From Penicillus capitatus (taxonomy: Eukaryota > Plantae > Chlorophyta): a stretch of DNA of 64,000 nt. The DNA is taken from the NCBI GenBank assembly GCA_965649825.1, contig OZ287703.1:186001-250000 (forward strand), written 5' to 3'. A program made the position numbers and the translations under genes. Shown one piece after another: positions 51,401 to 63,038 of this stretch; positions within the stretch are counted from its first letter, which is position 1; every line of letters starts with the position of its first letter. The notes beneath the pieces were generated by a model. That model saw only the letters and a list, made by a program, of their open reading frames with translations, did not search any database and was not told the DNA's origin.

Positions 51401-52222
51401 GACGGCGGCGTCTGTAGGACGCGTCTGGCAATATCGAATCGATCGATCGATCGATTACGAACGTCGAGGTCGTTTAATGTCGTCGATTCGGACAGTGACG
51501 TACTTTGCCTGACCTTCGATGGCGCTTTGTTTTCGCACTGATGCGTCTATGCACGTACCTTGCGTTGCCTTTTGCGACGGATGAAATTTCGAACGCGGCG
51601 CTCATCGACGCCAACGAACGCGACGATGATTTGGGAACGTGTGTTCTTTCTTTACTATCGCAAACAATTGCGTTTGTTTCGCCGTGAAACAGATAAGCCG
51701 CTTTTCTCACACGTTACCTGTCGTTTTCCCAGGCGTGTTCAATTTTCTCCGCCCTCATCTGGCACTTTAGCGAACGGCATGTGCGTTCTTAGGTGCGGAT
51801 GGCTTCCCGACAAGAAAGTCGTTTTTTAATGCGTTCATTGGGTTGGTTAAAGGACCGGATGAGGTGGCGCCAAAAAATCGACAGGACAGGTAAAAGTCGC
51901 TGCTGACGTGCCCTTCGCTGCTTACGGAATCGTTCGGCCCGCTAAAGACTTCGTTTCAGCAGCAGTCGTCCCCTTTCAAGCGCCATTCCAGTTTACCAGT
52001 GAGTATGTTCGTTCGGTGTCGCGATTGGGTCGACACGCGTTGCCCCCGAGGACGGCGCGCTGCGTCTGCGTAGATCAACGGCACGGCCCCGACCCGTCGA
52101 TCGCCACGCGCACGTGCTCCGGCCCTCGCATCACGCCTCGGTTCCTCGCCGACCCTCGGCGCAACCGTTTGTTTGTGCGGACCATGTCTGACAGTTAATG
52201 TGCCTCCGGACAGGTTCGCTGA

Positions 52223-54044
52223 ATGGGAGCCGTCGCGCCACAAAGCATCAACGAAGCTCAACACAACGCCGTCCTCGTCGCCGGTGAAGAATCCGTCGGA
52301 CGACAGCTACGTCTCCGCACACTCAGTGCTCAGGAATACATCGGCGGGCAGCTTACTGAATTTCGCTCAGAAACGGGAGAGCACAAATTCACCGCGCATG
52401 ACGGACGGGAAGAATGGGTCTCCTTAGCCCATCGGGCCTTCCAATGGATGTCGCCCATGCCAGCAAATGCTCGACCCAATCCAACCTTTATGCATTTCCC
52501 GGGGAATCACGAAGCCATTGGTTGGAAAGTCCAAGTGTACTGGAACGAGATGGGCCGATGGTATAAGGGACGCGTTCGTGCCTACGACCAAATGACCGGA
52601 CTGCATCAAGTCAAGTATTTTGATGGAGATGTTCGATGGTATACCGTACGTGATGAGGCCATCTTGTGGATCTCCGAGATGCATGGAACAACGGCGACAG
52701 CGACGGCGGCGGCGGTTAAGAAATCTACAAACGGCATTACGGGAACGGCACCGGAGGGATCGGAAACGGACACGCAACGAACGAAAACGCCAAGAAGCAA
52801 AACAAAAACGCCGAGACATCAGAAGAATACACCGTCGACCGTGCCATCGACCTCCACATCATCGTAGATTGGACATTTGTGTGAGAAGACAGAGAGAGTG
52901 CATTGATCCGAGTGTTGTGCGCAGGATGGAATCGTCGCAGAGCGGTCGATTAGGACATGAGATGCATGACATCCCCCGACGAAATCAGTTGCCTGGTGGA
53001 ATGACGCTGCGACCGAGAAAACCTTCAAACCTAGGTCATCATACCATTGACAAGAACCCCAAAGCTTGTATTCTGCATTGCCGTGTTGCGATTTTTTGGC
53101 CAAGCGATGACAAGTACTACAGGGTAGGCATCCTTCATCGCGCCGCCCATCTGTACCTTGGACGTCGGAGAGGGTGATGTGACAGGGTACGGTTCAAGGA
53201 TACAATGAAGAGAGTGAGAAATATCGAGTGCTGTACGACGACCAACAAGACGAAGAAATGTCATTGGAGAAGGAGGTGTTCAGATGGCTCGGGCCTAAAG
53301 GCATCACCGCAGGATACACAACATCGATGCACGAGATCATGGCCGTTCGTGGAGCAACGAACGTGTGCCGTATTCGGTCATCGCCAACCATCGAAACGGC
53401 GCGCACGGATCTCGCGGCGCTCTCTCGGCCGAAAGAGGCAGTCGGCCGACGGCTGTTTATCTATTGGGAGGCAACGGGCGAGAAGATCGAAGCCGAAGTG
53501 CTCTCGTATGATCATCGACGGAAACTGCATTATGTATGGTATCGCGATGGAGAGTTAGAATGGGTCGACCTGAAACGCGAGCGCTTTGCCTGGATCGATG
53601 ACAAGAATAACAATCGGTTGGTTCGGGAATTCCCCGCTGGCCTCGATGAAGGTAGTGTTGTTGGTTCGTTCGGTTTCTTCAAGACATATACACACCACAG
53701 GCGAGACAATACCTCGCGGGAAAGCGGCCGTTGGTTGGCGAGTTGCGGTGTACTGGAGCGAAGACGTTCAGTTTTATGACGGTCGCATATCAAGTGCGCG
53801 AGGCATTGGTGCATCAAGAGTGAGATTGAGTGAGATACTGTATGTAGAGTACAACGCCGATACGGGACGGCATGACGTCGATTACGACGACGGACAGATG
53901 GAGACGCTGTCGTTATCTTCGGAGAAGATCACGTGGAAATCCTCGCCGCATGCACCGAAGAGCACCTGCCATTCCATCGATTCCAGTTCCAGTTCAGAAC
54001 ATCAGGTGATTCTCACGCCACATCGACATCGACAAGTGATGTGA
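52223..54044 (+). CDS. Protein with about five tandem Tudor-like domains, multi-exon; ends uncertain
   Basis: Repeated G(W/R)R/KV.VYW....Y.G.V..Y......H.V.Y.DG..E...L units at ~52300, 52510, 53070, 53440 and 53720. Confidence 0.75.
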
Positions 54045-54522
54045 CGTCCACTCTCGTGCCTACGACCACGTGTTGGATGGCGTGACGCGCGTCGCTTCGT
54101 CGCACATTCTTGCTTTTCCTATCGCTTGACGGCACAGGACCCTCGACATCTGGTCGCACGTACGAACGTCCGTATCACGACGACCCATGCACGCACGTAC
54201 ATACGCACATACGTAGTACGTCTTTTACGACGAGCGAGATTCCGATGCACCGCACGCGCGAGACGTTGACTTTGCCAAAGGCGTCTGTCTTAGTCGAACA
54301 ACAGCAACTGGTTTGCGAATGGCTTCCTGAATGATGGAACCCGTTTGTGTGATGTAGAAGACAACTCCGACGCGGAAGAAAACTGCAGGGCACGTTCAGG
54401 GCAGTCCCAAACAGAAACGTCCCCGTCTGCCGTCACCCCCTTCGACTGACCTTGCCAAAGAGAACAACGCTGGCCCCGAGCCAGCCACTCGTCCACAGGA
54501 AACGTCACTTCACGGGGAAACG

Positions 54523-55359
54523 GTGGAAGATGTCCGAGCGTCGACCAGAGCGTGCTTTTTCCAAGAGCCATCTCTGAAGAGACCTGCCGCCGCCGAGCTT
54601 CAGCCATCGTCGGAAGGAGAAGAAGAGGAGCTGGATATTCTGCCCGTCATGCAGATTCCACCCGATCCGTTGCCACCTCTGAATCATACCCGATTGGCGA
54701 AGCTTCCGCTTCACTGTGGCGGTTCGGCTTTTCAAGTCAAGCTCATCGCAGCGGGTATGGACGAGAGCGATCGGGAAGCGTGTGGACTGGATGCGCTGTT
54801 GAGCTGTGTGCAGGACTATCAGTCGACATCCATCAAAATCGGCCGCCTGCCATCGGCGATCGAAGTGTCAGCTTCTTCGCAGCTTCTACCACCAGGACCT
54901 GTCACATCCGCCTATCCAACGAAAGAAATGACGGGAATGGAGACCGTGACATCCCGAGTGGGATTCCCCCTCCATCGTCGATCGCCTGTGGCACGGGGAC
55001 GCGGACGGAAGAAGGGACGGCCGACGATATTGCGTAAGAGTGAGATGGGTGGGACCCCTGCATCACTTGGATCCGTACTGGCCTCCTTCCCTTCCGTTTC
55101 TGTTCCCCAAATCTCCCCGTCCACTGTCCGGCCTTCCGTGCCTCCAGTGATTTTGCCGGAAACCATGGTGCCTCCCTTAGACTATTCGAAGACCCTGTTC
55201 GATCATGCTGCTCGGTGCGGGAAGCTCACCACACCCTTTGTGGATTTTTCTTCTTCTTCTTCGGATGCCCTTTGCTTGCTAAAAGATAATATAGGCACAA
55301 CATCTGGCAGTCCTGCGTTTCAAAAACGAGATCCGTCAATGGGAGGCGATCCTGTTTAG
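54523..55359 (+). CDS. Hypothetical Pro/Ser-rich ORF with a basic RGRGRKKGRP patch (possibly the 3' part of a larger gene)
   Basis: 278 aa open frame followed by TGTAA at ~55523; no family motif recognised. Confidence 0.45.
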   Translation: MEDVRASTRACFFQEPSLKRPAAAELQPSSEGEEEELDILPVMQIPPDPLPPLNHTRLAKLPLHCGGSAFQVKLIAAGMDESDREACGLDALLSCVQDYQSTSIKIGRLPSAIEVSASSQLLPPGPVTSAYPTKEMTGMETVTSRVGFPLHRRSPVARGRGRKKGRPTILRKSEMGGTPASLGSVLASFPSVSVPQISPSTVRPSVPPVILPETMVPPLDYSKTLFDHAARCGKLTTPFVDFSSSSSDALCLLKDNIGTTSGSPAFQKRDPSMGGDPV

Positions 55360-55575
55360 CCTCTTTCTGCTGTGCGTTTGACGATGGATCGTTTTAATGA
55401 TGTACACTACATGAGCAGCATCTCATTGGATAAGAGATCTGTCGGATTGACGGGCGAGACAGCGAACGAACGAACAGGCCGATACACACAACAGACAGAA
55501 AATTCATTGACAGGGAGCGTCATGTAATTGCTATCATATCTCTGTTAACAACCTTCCGGCAGATACAGTCGACCA

Positions 55576-56303
55576 TCAGCTCGGAGCGTGGGGATAAAAT
55601 GGCTTGGCGTTCGGGTTCATCGATTTGAAGGGAGGCACGTTGGGATTCAAGACAGATGAAGAGGTGGACGGGCGCGTCTTCAATGTGGAATCATCATCCA
55701 ACCTAAGAACGCCTCTGACGAGACAGCGCAAACCAAATGTGTGAGAACGACGGTGTGTCAAGAGGGGCGTAGATGAGGGGAGATGTCGTGCGGTTATTGG
55801 TCGACTCCTGCTCTTCGGGAAAACGAGCCGGAGAAGGCTCTCGCGATTCGAAATCACGGGGACTTGTCTGGACAGCGACAGAACGAGAAGGTCGAGACTT
55901 CTAGTACATAAGACCTTCTCACACTTGTCACACTTTTGTGACAATGATACTTCACGCTTCTTTTTCCGACGCTCGGCCCTCTGGGCTTTTCTCAGTGCCG
56001 AGCAGCGCTCGAGGAGAAGCCAATGGCGATGTGGCCTGTATCACACACGCACCTTTCAATCGATGCAACACACACCGTACTTAAGGACAAGATTCGGCAG
56101 TGTGGATGCTGGTTCAGGTCGGCGGGCTGCACAGCGAGCGGTCGACGACAAGTTGGACACAACATTCCTGACAATTCGACCTGACCGTCACAGCTCAAGT
56201 CGGCACTGCCATCCGAGGAGGCAGACTGCCGAGGAGCGTAGCAGGACGAGTCGAACGATGAACACGACGAAGACACACGTGAGAGAGACATATCTGATAG
56301 CAA
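55576..56303 (-). CDS. Hypothetical Cys-containing protein ending in two PAM2-like motifs; exon structure unresolved
   Basis: CPTC and CDKC pairs; C-terminus SVLNPNVPPFKSMNPNAKPFYP. Confidence 0.45.
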
Positions 56304-56732
56304 TTGACAGGATAAAATCGTTCAGGCCATCACAGTGTACGACATGGACACACGCGTGACATCCACACGTAGTGAGAGGGCGACCATTTATGAACTTCGC
56401 CCGGAGTTCATATGGAACTTCATTGGCTGCTTAGAGTCCACGAAGGATGAAAGTCGCTTCTGACGGACAACAGTCAGCCGCCGGCGCGCGGACAGAGGTC
56501 GCGCGCTCCGTTGCGCTCCCTGGGCACGTCATCGCAAACAATACGATATGTCACATCATCATGCAACTTTCAAGATTCACGCGTGATGTGACAGGACACG
56601 ACATGTGAGCTGTTGTCCATCCATCCGACTCACATCTGTCGGCGTCGTTTCAATACCAAACAGTACAGGTGCCTGGTCCCTCTCATCACGTTCTGAAGGT
56701 ATTGGATCAAATAAGTGATTTTCGGTTGCCGT

Positions 56733-58482
56733 TTATTGGACATAGCGATTGAGTGCGCCGGGCAGGACTTCAATCAGAGAGCAAACGCGGCGGTCGCTTG
56801 CTTCCAGTGTGTATTCCCTACCTAGCAGCCATTCCTTGTGGCCGTCCATCTCTCCAAGATGCGTTTGGAGTTCGGGAGCGTCGAGAGCGAAGATACTGTG
56901 GATGTGACGGGTTGTCTGGATACCGTTCATCTGAAGGTTATCCCACATCGATCGTTCGGGATGCGTCATGATCTTCCGAAACATCGACGGCTCCCATCTG
57001 ATCACGATCGCCGTCGATGAGGTCACACTTGAGTGAGATACCGTGAAAGAGCGTAGAGAACGGGATCATTGGTCTCAGCCACGCGCAGGACGATTTGCCT
57101 CTCGATGAGGGGCTCCGTCATCGACGGCGTCCATACTGCATCCCACTTCCATGCCATATCCAATTCCGCCACAGACGTGCGATCCTGTCGCGCCATCCTG
57201 CGTCTAGAGAATGAGAAACGGCTCGTGTACCACGACAATGGCAGACTGAACGAGATTTTCCAGTTGCTGCGTCATCGAACCCGTGTTCACTAACATCTGC
57301 ATACCGATACCGTTGCTGTATCCTCCCAACGAGGGACCCTTACCTGAATCTGCGCATGGTATGCCACGGAGCATTCCTGCAAAGCCTCTTCTGGAGTCGC
57401 CTCCAAATCGACACCATCAGACAACGTCGGACGTTCATCTGCTTACTTTCCAAACCAAACGTGCGTCGATGCGTTGTTGCGGTGAGTTGTCGTATGATCC
57501 TCGAATTGTCGAGAGCGCGATGTGTCGATTGCCTCGGCCTTTGATTTTCGCCATAGACTTGACATCGCGCACGCCGTGCGAAGAGATTCTTGTAATCACC
57601 ATCTTCAGCCGTTGTGCGTTGAGCGTGTCGTCTACATTACGCACGCCGTCGAAAGCCCCGCCCCTATTCTCAGCGTCGTGTTCGAAACGTCGCCAGTCGT
57701 ATGGAGCCAAAAGCCAACGGGCCGTATGTCATTTCGGTCGACCAAGCGAGTCCCGACGCTGCGACGTCTGCTCTCGATAGATTCCAACCCACTTCAGAAG
57801 CCTTTACCATGCACAGCATCTCTGGTCCCTCCTTCATCCGCCGCCAGAAAGAATTAGCCGCCCCCTGTTACCCAAGTCATCCCCTCCACACACCTCTCGC
57901 CTATTCACCTTTTGCATTCTTTCAGTTTCAGCCTTGGCATGGTATCTCCTGCGTGATGTCTGTGATTGGTATGACTCAGACTTCACTCAAGATGGAGAAG
58001 AGAATTCGCCAACGCGATCCATCTCCATTCGGCTTCTCCTCCTCTTTGTTCCCCTCCTGGCTGCAGTGGACTGCATTGTGAACCTCTTCGTTTGTCTTCT
58101 CATCTTCCCCATGATCTTTCTCAAATGTTGCTATCCTTTCAAACCCAAGCTCGTCGAGGCCAGAAAGAACGGACCGCCTGTCTCCTGTACATCGTCCCTG
58201 TCTACCGGCCACTCATGTGTGATGACTGTGTGATGTGACAGGTTGTTGTTTGCATGAGGCGTGTGATCCGCTTTTGAGAGTACTGACCTCGCTCAGTCTG
58301 ATCATCCATACGCCATTGGTGCTCTCAGGGATCTGCATTCCCGAACGTGTAGTGGATCGGTTTGTCTACTGGGCAGATGGTCACACATCTGGATTCCTTT
58401 ACATCGATCGAGGATGCCTGTGCTGTTCGACGCAGTATTCCTTCGGAATCTTTTTTCGAAATCGCTCAGTAGGCGACGTCAT
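56733..58482 (-). CDS. Hypothetical multi-exon protein
   Basis: Exon-like frames join through short GT-AG introns (for example WK|ATPEEALQECSVAYHAQIQ|MLVNTG..AIVV|TSVAELDMAWKWD). Putative start MTSPTERF at 58482; family not recognised. Confidence 0.5.
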
Positions 58483-58715
58483 GACCTGAGTATCGCCGTT
58501 ATCAGCAATAGTAACGCATCATCAAGTCCTCATCGATATTTGATTAATAGATGATCGGAAACGAACGTTGGAGCGCACGACGCAGCGCCGATTCGCATCG
58601 TTGTTATGTCCAACCATCCATCGATCGATCTATCGACACTTGTCTGATTCGATACGTATAATATCATGGTGTAATTGGATGGTCATTCGGGTCATCGCGA
58701 CGATAGCGACAGACG

Positions 58716-59280
58716 ATGGCCACGAGTGGCGACGACGATGCATCATCGACACCAATCGACAAGATCTTCGTCTTCCGTCAGGCAAGGCGTCATGCGTGCG
58801 GTGTCGATTCGAGCGTTGTCTTGGTGACAGTATCGCGATGAGCGCGATTTATGTCTGGTGATGCAGTTGGTCGATAATGAACTGAGCGAGCCGTATCACA
58901 TCTTCACCTATCGCTTTTTTCTGCACAACTGGCCGAGTCTGTGCTTCCTGTGCTTCGATGGCGATCACTGCTTCGGGACAGTCGTCTGCAAACTCGAGAA
59001 ACGCATGACAGACATGTCCATGCGTGGTTACATTGCGATGCTGGTCGTGGAGAAGCCCTATCGATCGAAAGGCATCGGCAAAGAACTCGTCCGACGTGCC
59101 ATTCGAGAGATGATCCAGCAGGGGGCACACGAGATCAGTCTAGAAGCTGAAGTGTCCAATTCGGGAGCGTTGAAGCTGTATGAGAGCCTTGGCTTTATTC
59201 GCGACAAACGTTTACATCGTTATTATTTGAGTGGCACCGATGCGTTTCGTCTGAAGCTTCTGTTGCCGGTGGCGTTGTAA
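58716..59280 (+). CDS. NAA30: N-alpha-acetyltransferase 30 (NatC catalytic subunit, MAK3)
   Basis: ELSEPYHIFTYRFFL, RGYIAMLVV, GIGKELV, LEAEVSN.GALKLYESLGF.RDKRL.RYYL; the first intron (58782-58830) fits a GC-AG intron. Confidence 0.93.
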
Positions 59281-59394
59281 ACAACGATCTGCATTACAGT
59301 AAGCAGAAACTGCCCATGTGTGGCGTTTTGGGATCAGCCCTCATGCGAAAAACGAAACACAAAGGAGAAAAGGCACATCGAGGGAGCCAGCCTT

Positions 59395-61819
59395 TCACAA
59401 GGCTACAGATTTTGCCTTTGTGAGGAAAGAAGACGTGATGGGCGCTGCCGCGCTGCTGGTGCTATTGCGGGTTGAATCTGTACGCAGGGATTTGGGGACA
59501 AAGGGCGGTGCACTGGGATCCAGCTTCACAATCGCATTCTCCGCAACGGCACGTTCCGTCTCAAAACCACGAGATCCATCAGGACCTCTTGCTATTCGAC
59601 TGGCACTTCCACCAATATTCCCTGTCCCCGGCATCAGCCTCGTGCGCTCTGGTACGGACACAGAACGGTTTAGGGCGCGCTCCATCGCCAACAGAGGAAT
59701 CTTCTTCTCCACCAGAGACGTCCCATCATCTTCAATTCTGTAGAATGATGGTGTTGGACACGAGAGACAATGGGGATATTACTTGATGACACGTCGAGCC
59801 TGGTGCTGTTGTTTATTGGGATTATACACGCGCACGAATTGGACGGTGTCATCGACATTGAGGATGGTATTGTTGTCCACTTCACTGCAGTGGAAGAAAA
59901 TGTGTGACGTGCCTCTTTCGTGCTCGTAATCGATGAAGCCATACGATCCGTTCTGCACGATCGAGGCAATGCGTCCCATATACTTCACTAAGGACACCTG
60001 TGTCGCGCGGCGACCTCCCGCTTTGGCTCTCAGTCCATCTAAACGCTCAGCTGCTTTGGCCTGGGCCAGATTCACAGCAATACGAAAAGACGCCTTATCT
60101 CCCACTTGGGGATTTAGTTGCCGGTCCTGTAGAGCATCGTGCGTTATCTCACACATACCAAAAGAGTGAGATACCTCGAGATCAGAGGGCCCGTAAGAGA
60201 GTTTTTCTGACTGTCCGTCTTCGCTCTCGTAGAGAATCGTTCCGGTGCTCCCCGGTCCGTACTGCTTCCATAGTCCCAGTCTCTCCACGACCACTCCATA
60301 AAACACTTCGTCTGTCACTGTCTCAAAAACAGCGGATCCAGGTGCAGCTTTGGAGACCCTGAATTTCGGTCCAGGCGCGATGACGAGGGCACATGGAGGT
60401 TTCACTTGATGGCGATCTGTTTGCCTTTCTCGAGATCCCATTTCACAGTGAAGGCAACGTCGTCTCCTAATTGAAGCTCCTCTGGATCCACATGATCTAA
60501 CTCATCAAAGTTAAACAACACTTCGTTATGCCTCTCACAACACTTGATAAAACCAAACGATCCTTTCTTTATAGAAATCTGCCAGAGGCAAAAGAGTGAC
60601 GTGACGTCGAGAAAGAGTGAGAGCATTTGTCCTGCGCACTTTGCCAAATTCACGTTGATCCGGTGCCTTTTCGAGCAGCTTTATATCCAGGGCACGGCCT
60701 TCCTGTCGATAAATCTGACGATAGATACGAAACTGCACTTCATCTCTTTCATCCATAGCGACCTTTTGATCCTCCACCTATCCGCCAAACAATTCTCTCC
60801 TTGTCAGAGGAGATCACACGTGTGACATGGTGATGGCCATAAAAGGCTTTCTGTTCAATGCCATCGTCATCGGTGTAGCCGATAAGACCGTCTTCTCGAT
60901 GATCATCTGGCGTCGGTGCTGTTGCTGGTTTGATGATGTGACCTTTGAAATGCCCTTCCACTTCGCTCTCTTGTACAATCGTCCCTTTCGGCAGCAGAAC
61001 AACATCGGCCGCAAACATACGACTGCCTTCTTGACAAACAATGTACGAAACCTCCGATCCGATCTCGAGCATCGACGGCTTCCATCCACTTTCGCAACGA
61101 ACGTACTTAAAATGAAAGAAAAGCCGACCGAGATGCGGACGTGGTCGACTACGATGCACAGGAAGCGTGATCAGACAAGTGTGTCCAATACCGAAAGCAA
61201 TAGCGAAACCTGATGAATCCATTCGTGTCCTTCAACCGGCACACAATTCCATGCTCGCGATACTTTCCCTCCACTTCGCCCGTAGGAACGTGTGTGTTCA
61301 TCGCCATCTGAAACATCGGCTCTGTGTGGGAGAGGACATAGAAGGCGACAGCTTGCTTTCTCGGCTTCCTGAATCTCGTGCGGGAGGAGTTTTCGAACCT
61401 GATGGGACATATCATACAGCGTTCCCTGCTGCCAAATGCGTGTGTGACCTTGTAGGCATGAAGCTGTCCATTTTTGCGCTCGCCCACGACGAAACTAACA
61501 TCCGTGCCCGGAGTCAGGTGGAGATGAAGGTCGAAGGCTGTGGTGTCTTTCGGTCTGTCGGTGACGTCGTCTGCTTGGAACAAAAGTGGGTCCACAATCG
61601 ACGGCGATCTAGGGGAAGCGTCAAAATCGATGATGGCGTTCGGAAAAGATGCGGAGACTGGACGGACCGCAAGAAACCAAAGCCTTCCTTAACCGCCACC
61701 ACGATTCCTTGTTCGGTCCTCTCTTCGACTTCGCCGTCTGACAATGTTGGTATGTTCGCTTCGGCGCGGTCGGCGATTTCTTCTTGCGCCCCATTCGATA
61801 CAGGCACTGTCTCAGTCAT
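59395..61819 (-). CDS. Multi cold-shock-domain RNA-binding protein, CSDE1/UNR-like, multi-exon
   Basis: Repeated G.V...K..FGFI....LFFH units (VKEGFGFL, KDTNGFI..LFFHF, KKGSFGFI, NGSYGFI..IFFHCSE); C-terminal IARGPDGSRGF (SUZ-C-like) and LDPSAPPFVP (PAM2-like). Confidence 0.8.
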
Positions 61820-61878
61820 AAGCGTACGTGTTGTTGCAGAGATGCGTAAAGTGGCTCAGAAAAGATGACGAGACGTTT

Positions 61879-63038
61879 TCAGCCTAATGTTAAGACATGT
61901 CGCTTTGACAGCCCGTTTTTGAAATCGCGAATTCCGAGAGGTTTGCTGCCCGGTCGCTGGACCAACAACACTTCCAATACAGTTCCCTCGCCGCATTGAA
62001 CGAACAAACGCCGATTCCGTTCGAAACAGACGCCTTGACGAAAATCCAAAAGTGCAGCTGTCGTATCGTCTGGCATTCGGGTTTCCAGAATTCGGAGCTC
62101 GAGATCACGAAACGATGCATCAAGGGTGTCGAACACTTTGAACAGCGCTCTGGTGCCTGGCCACGGCGCAAAGGCTCGAACCTTGTTGTGCAAAGCAATC
62201 GCTGGCCGTTCGAACAGGAGCAGCGATTCCGAGGCATCCATCTTAGGCGCATGGGTAACGCCAGCGGTGTTTTGCGGTGTGTAAACGGCGGTTCCGTTAA
62301 AGACGGACGGCAACGATGCGATCAGCAACTCGGTCCCGATCGAAAAGAGCTCATCGAGCAGTTCAGGCGCCTGAAAAGAGGGACGTCGTGACGGAGAGAG
62401 ACGATGAGATAGGTGACTTGGATATTGGCGTCGATGTCGACGGCATGTATCGCGAGAATGGGACCGGCGTCCAGTTCTCTCACTGTGCGGGCAATCGAGA
62501 CGCCCGTTCGATCGACGCCATCTTCGATCGCACGGTTCACCGGCGCCGCTCCACGATACTTCGGCAGCAGACTGGGATGGATGTTGAGCGTTCCGCACGG
62601 CGGTATCCGCAAAAAACGCGTCGGCAGAAGATTCCCGTACGCAGCTGTGATGCAGAGATCGGGTTTCAGTATCTCCATCTGAGCCAGAAATGCATCGTCT
62701 CTTGCCGAGGCAGGTGTCAAGAGTGTGGTCTCGGGGATGTAACCGCAGTCCAACGCCAAGGCAGAGACGGGCGTCGGCGATGGAATGTTTCGGTTTTTCC
62801 GCCCTACAGGTTTGTTGGGCTGACTCACGACGGCCGTGATCTCGAAAGGACACATCGGTTTTCTCGACTCCTCCAACAATCGCTCCAGTACATTGGCTGC
62901 GACGGATGGCGTCCCGAGAAAGACGGCGGATTTCTTAGCGAATGCCCTGACGCCATGACGTGTACTTAAGACACGGACCCGCGGCAAAGAAAGCGCTGAG
63001 ACAATCCGCGGCATTTGCGTGAAGGTCGCTATCGCCAT
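61879..63038 (-). CDS. FMT: Methionyl-tRNA formyltransferase, organellar
   Basis: VFLGTP, VVSQP, DLCITAAYG, LNIHPSLLPKYRGAAPV, LDAGPIL and NKVRAFAPWPG; start at 63038 or 63014. Confidence 0.93.

Noticed and set aside
51421-52200. Possible ncRNA or small gene in the COPB2-Tudor divergent gap
   Set aside because: No tRNA, snRNA or snoRNA hallmarks recognised, and the short ORFs lack support.
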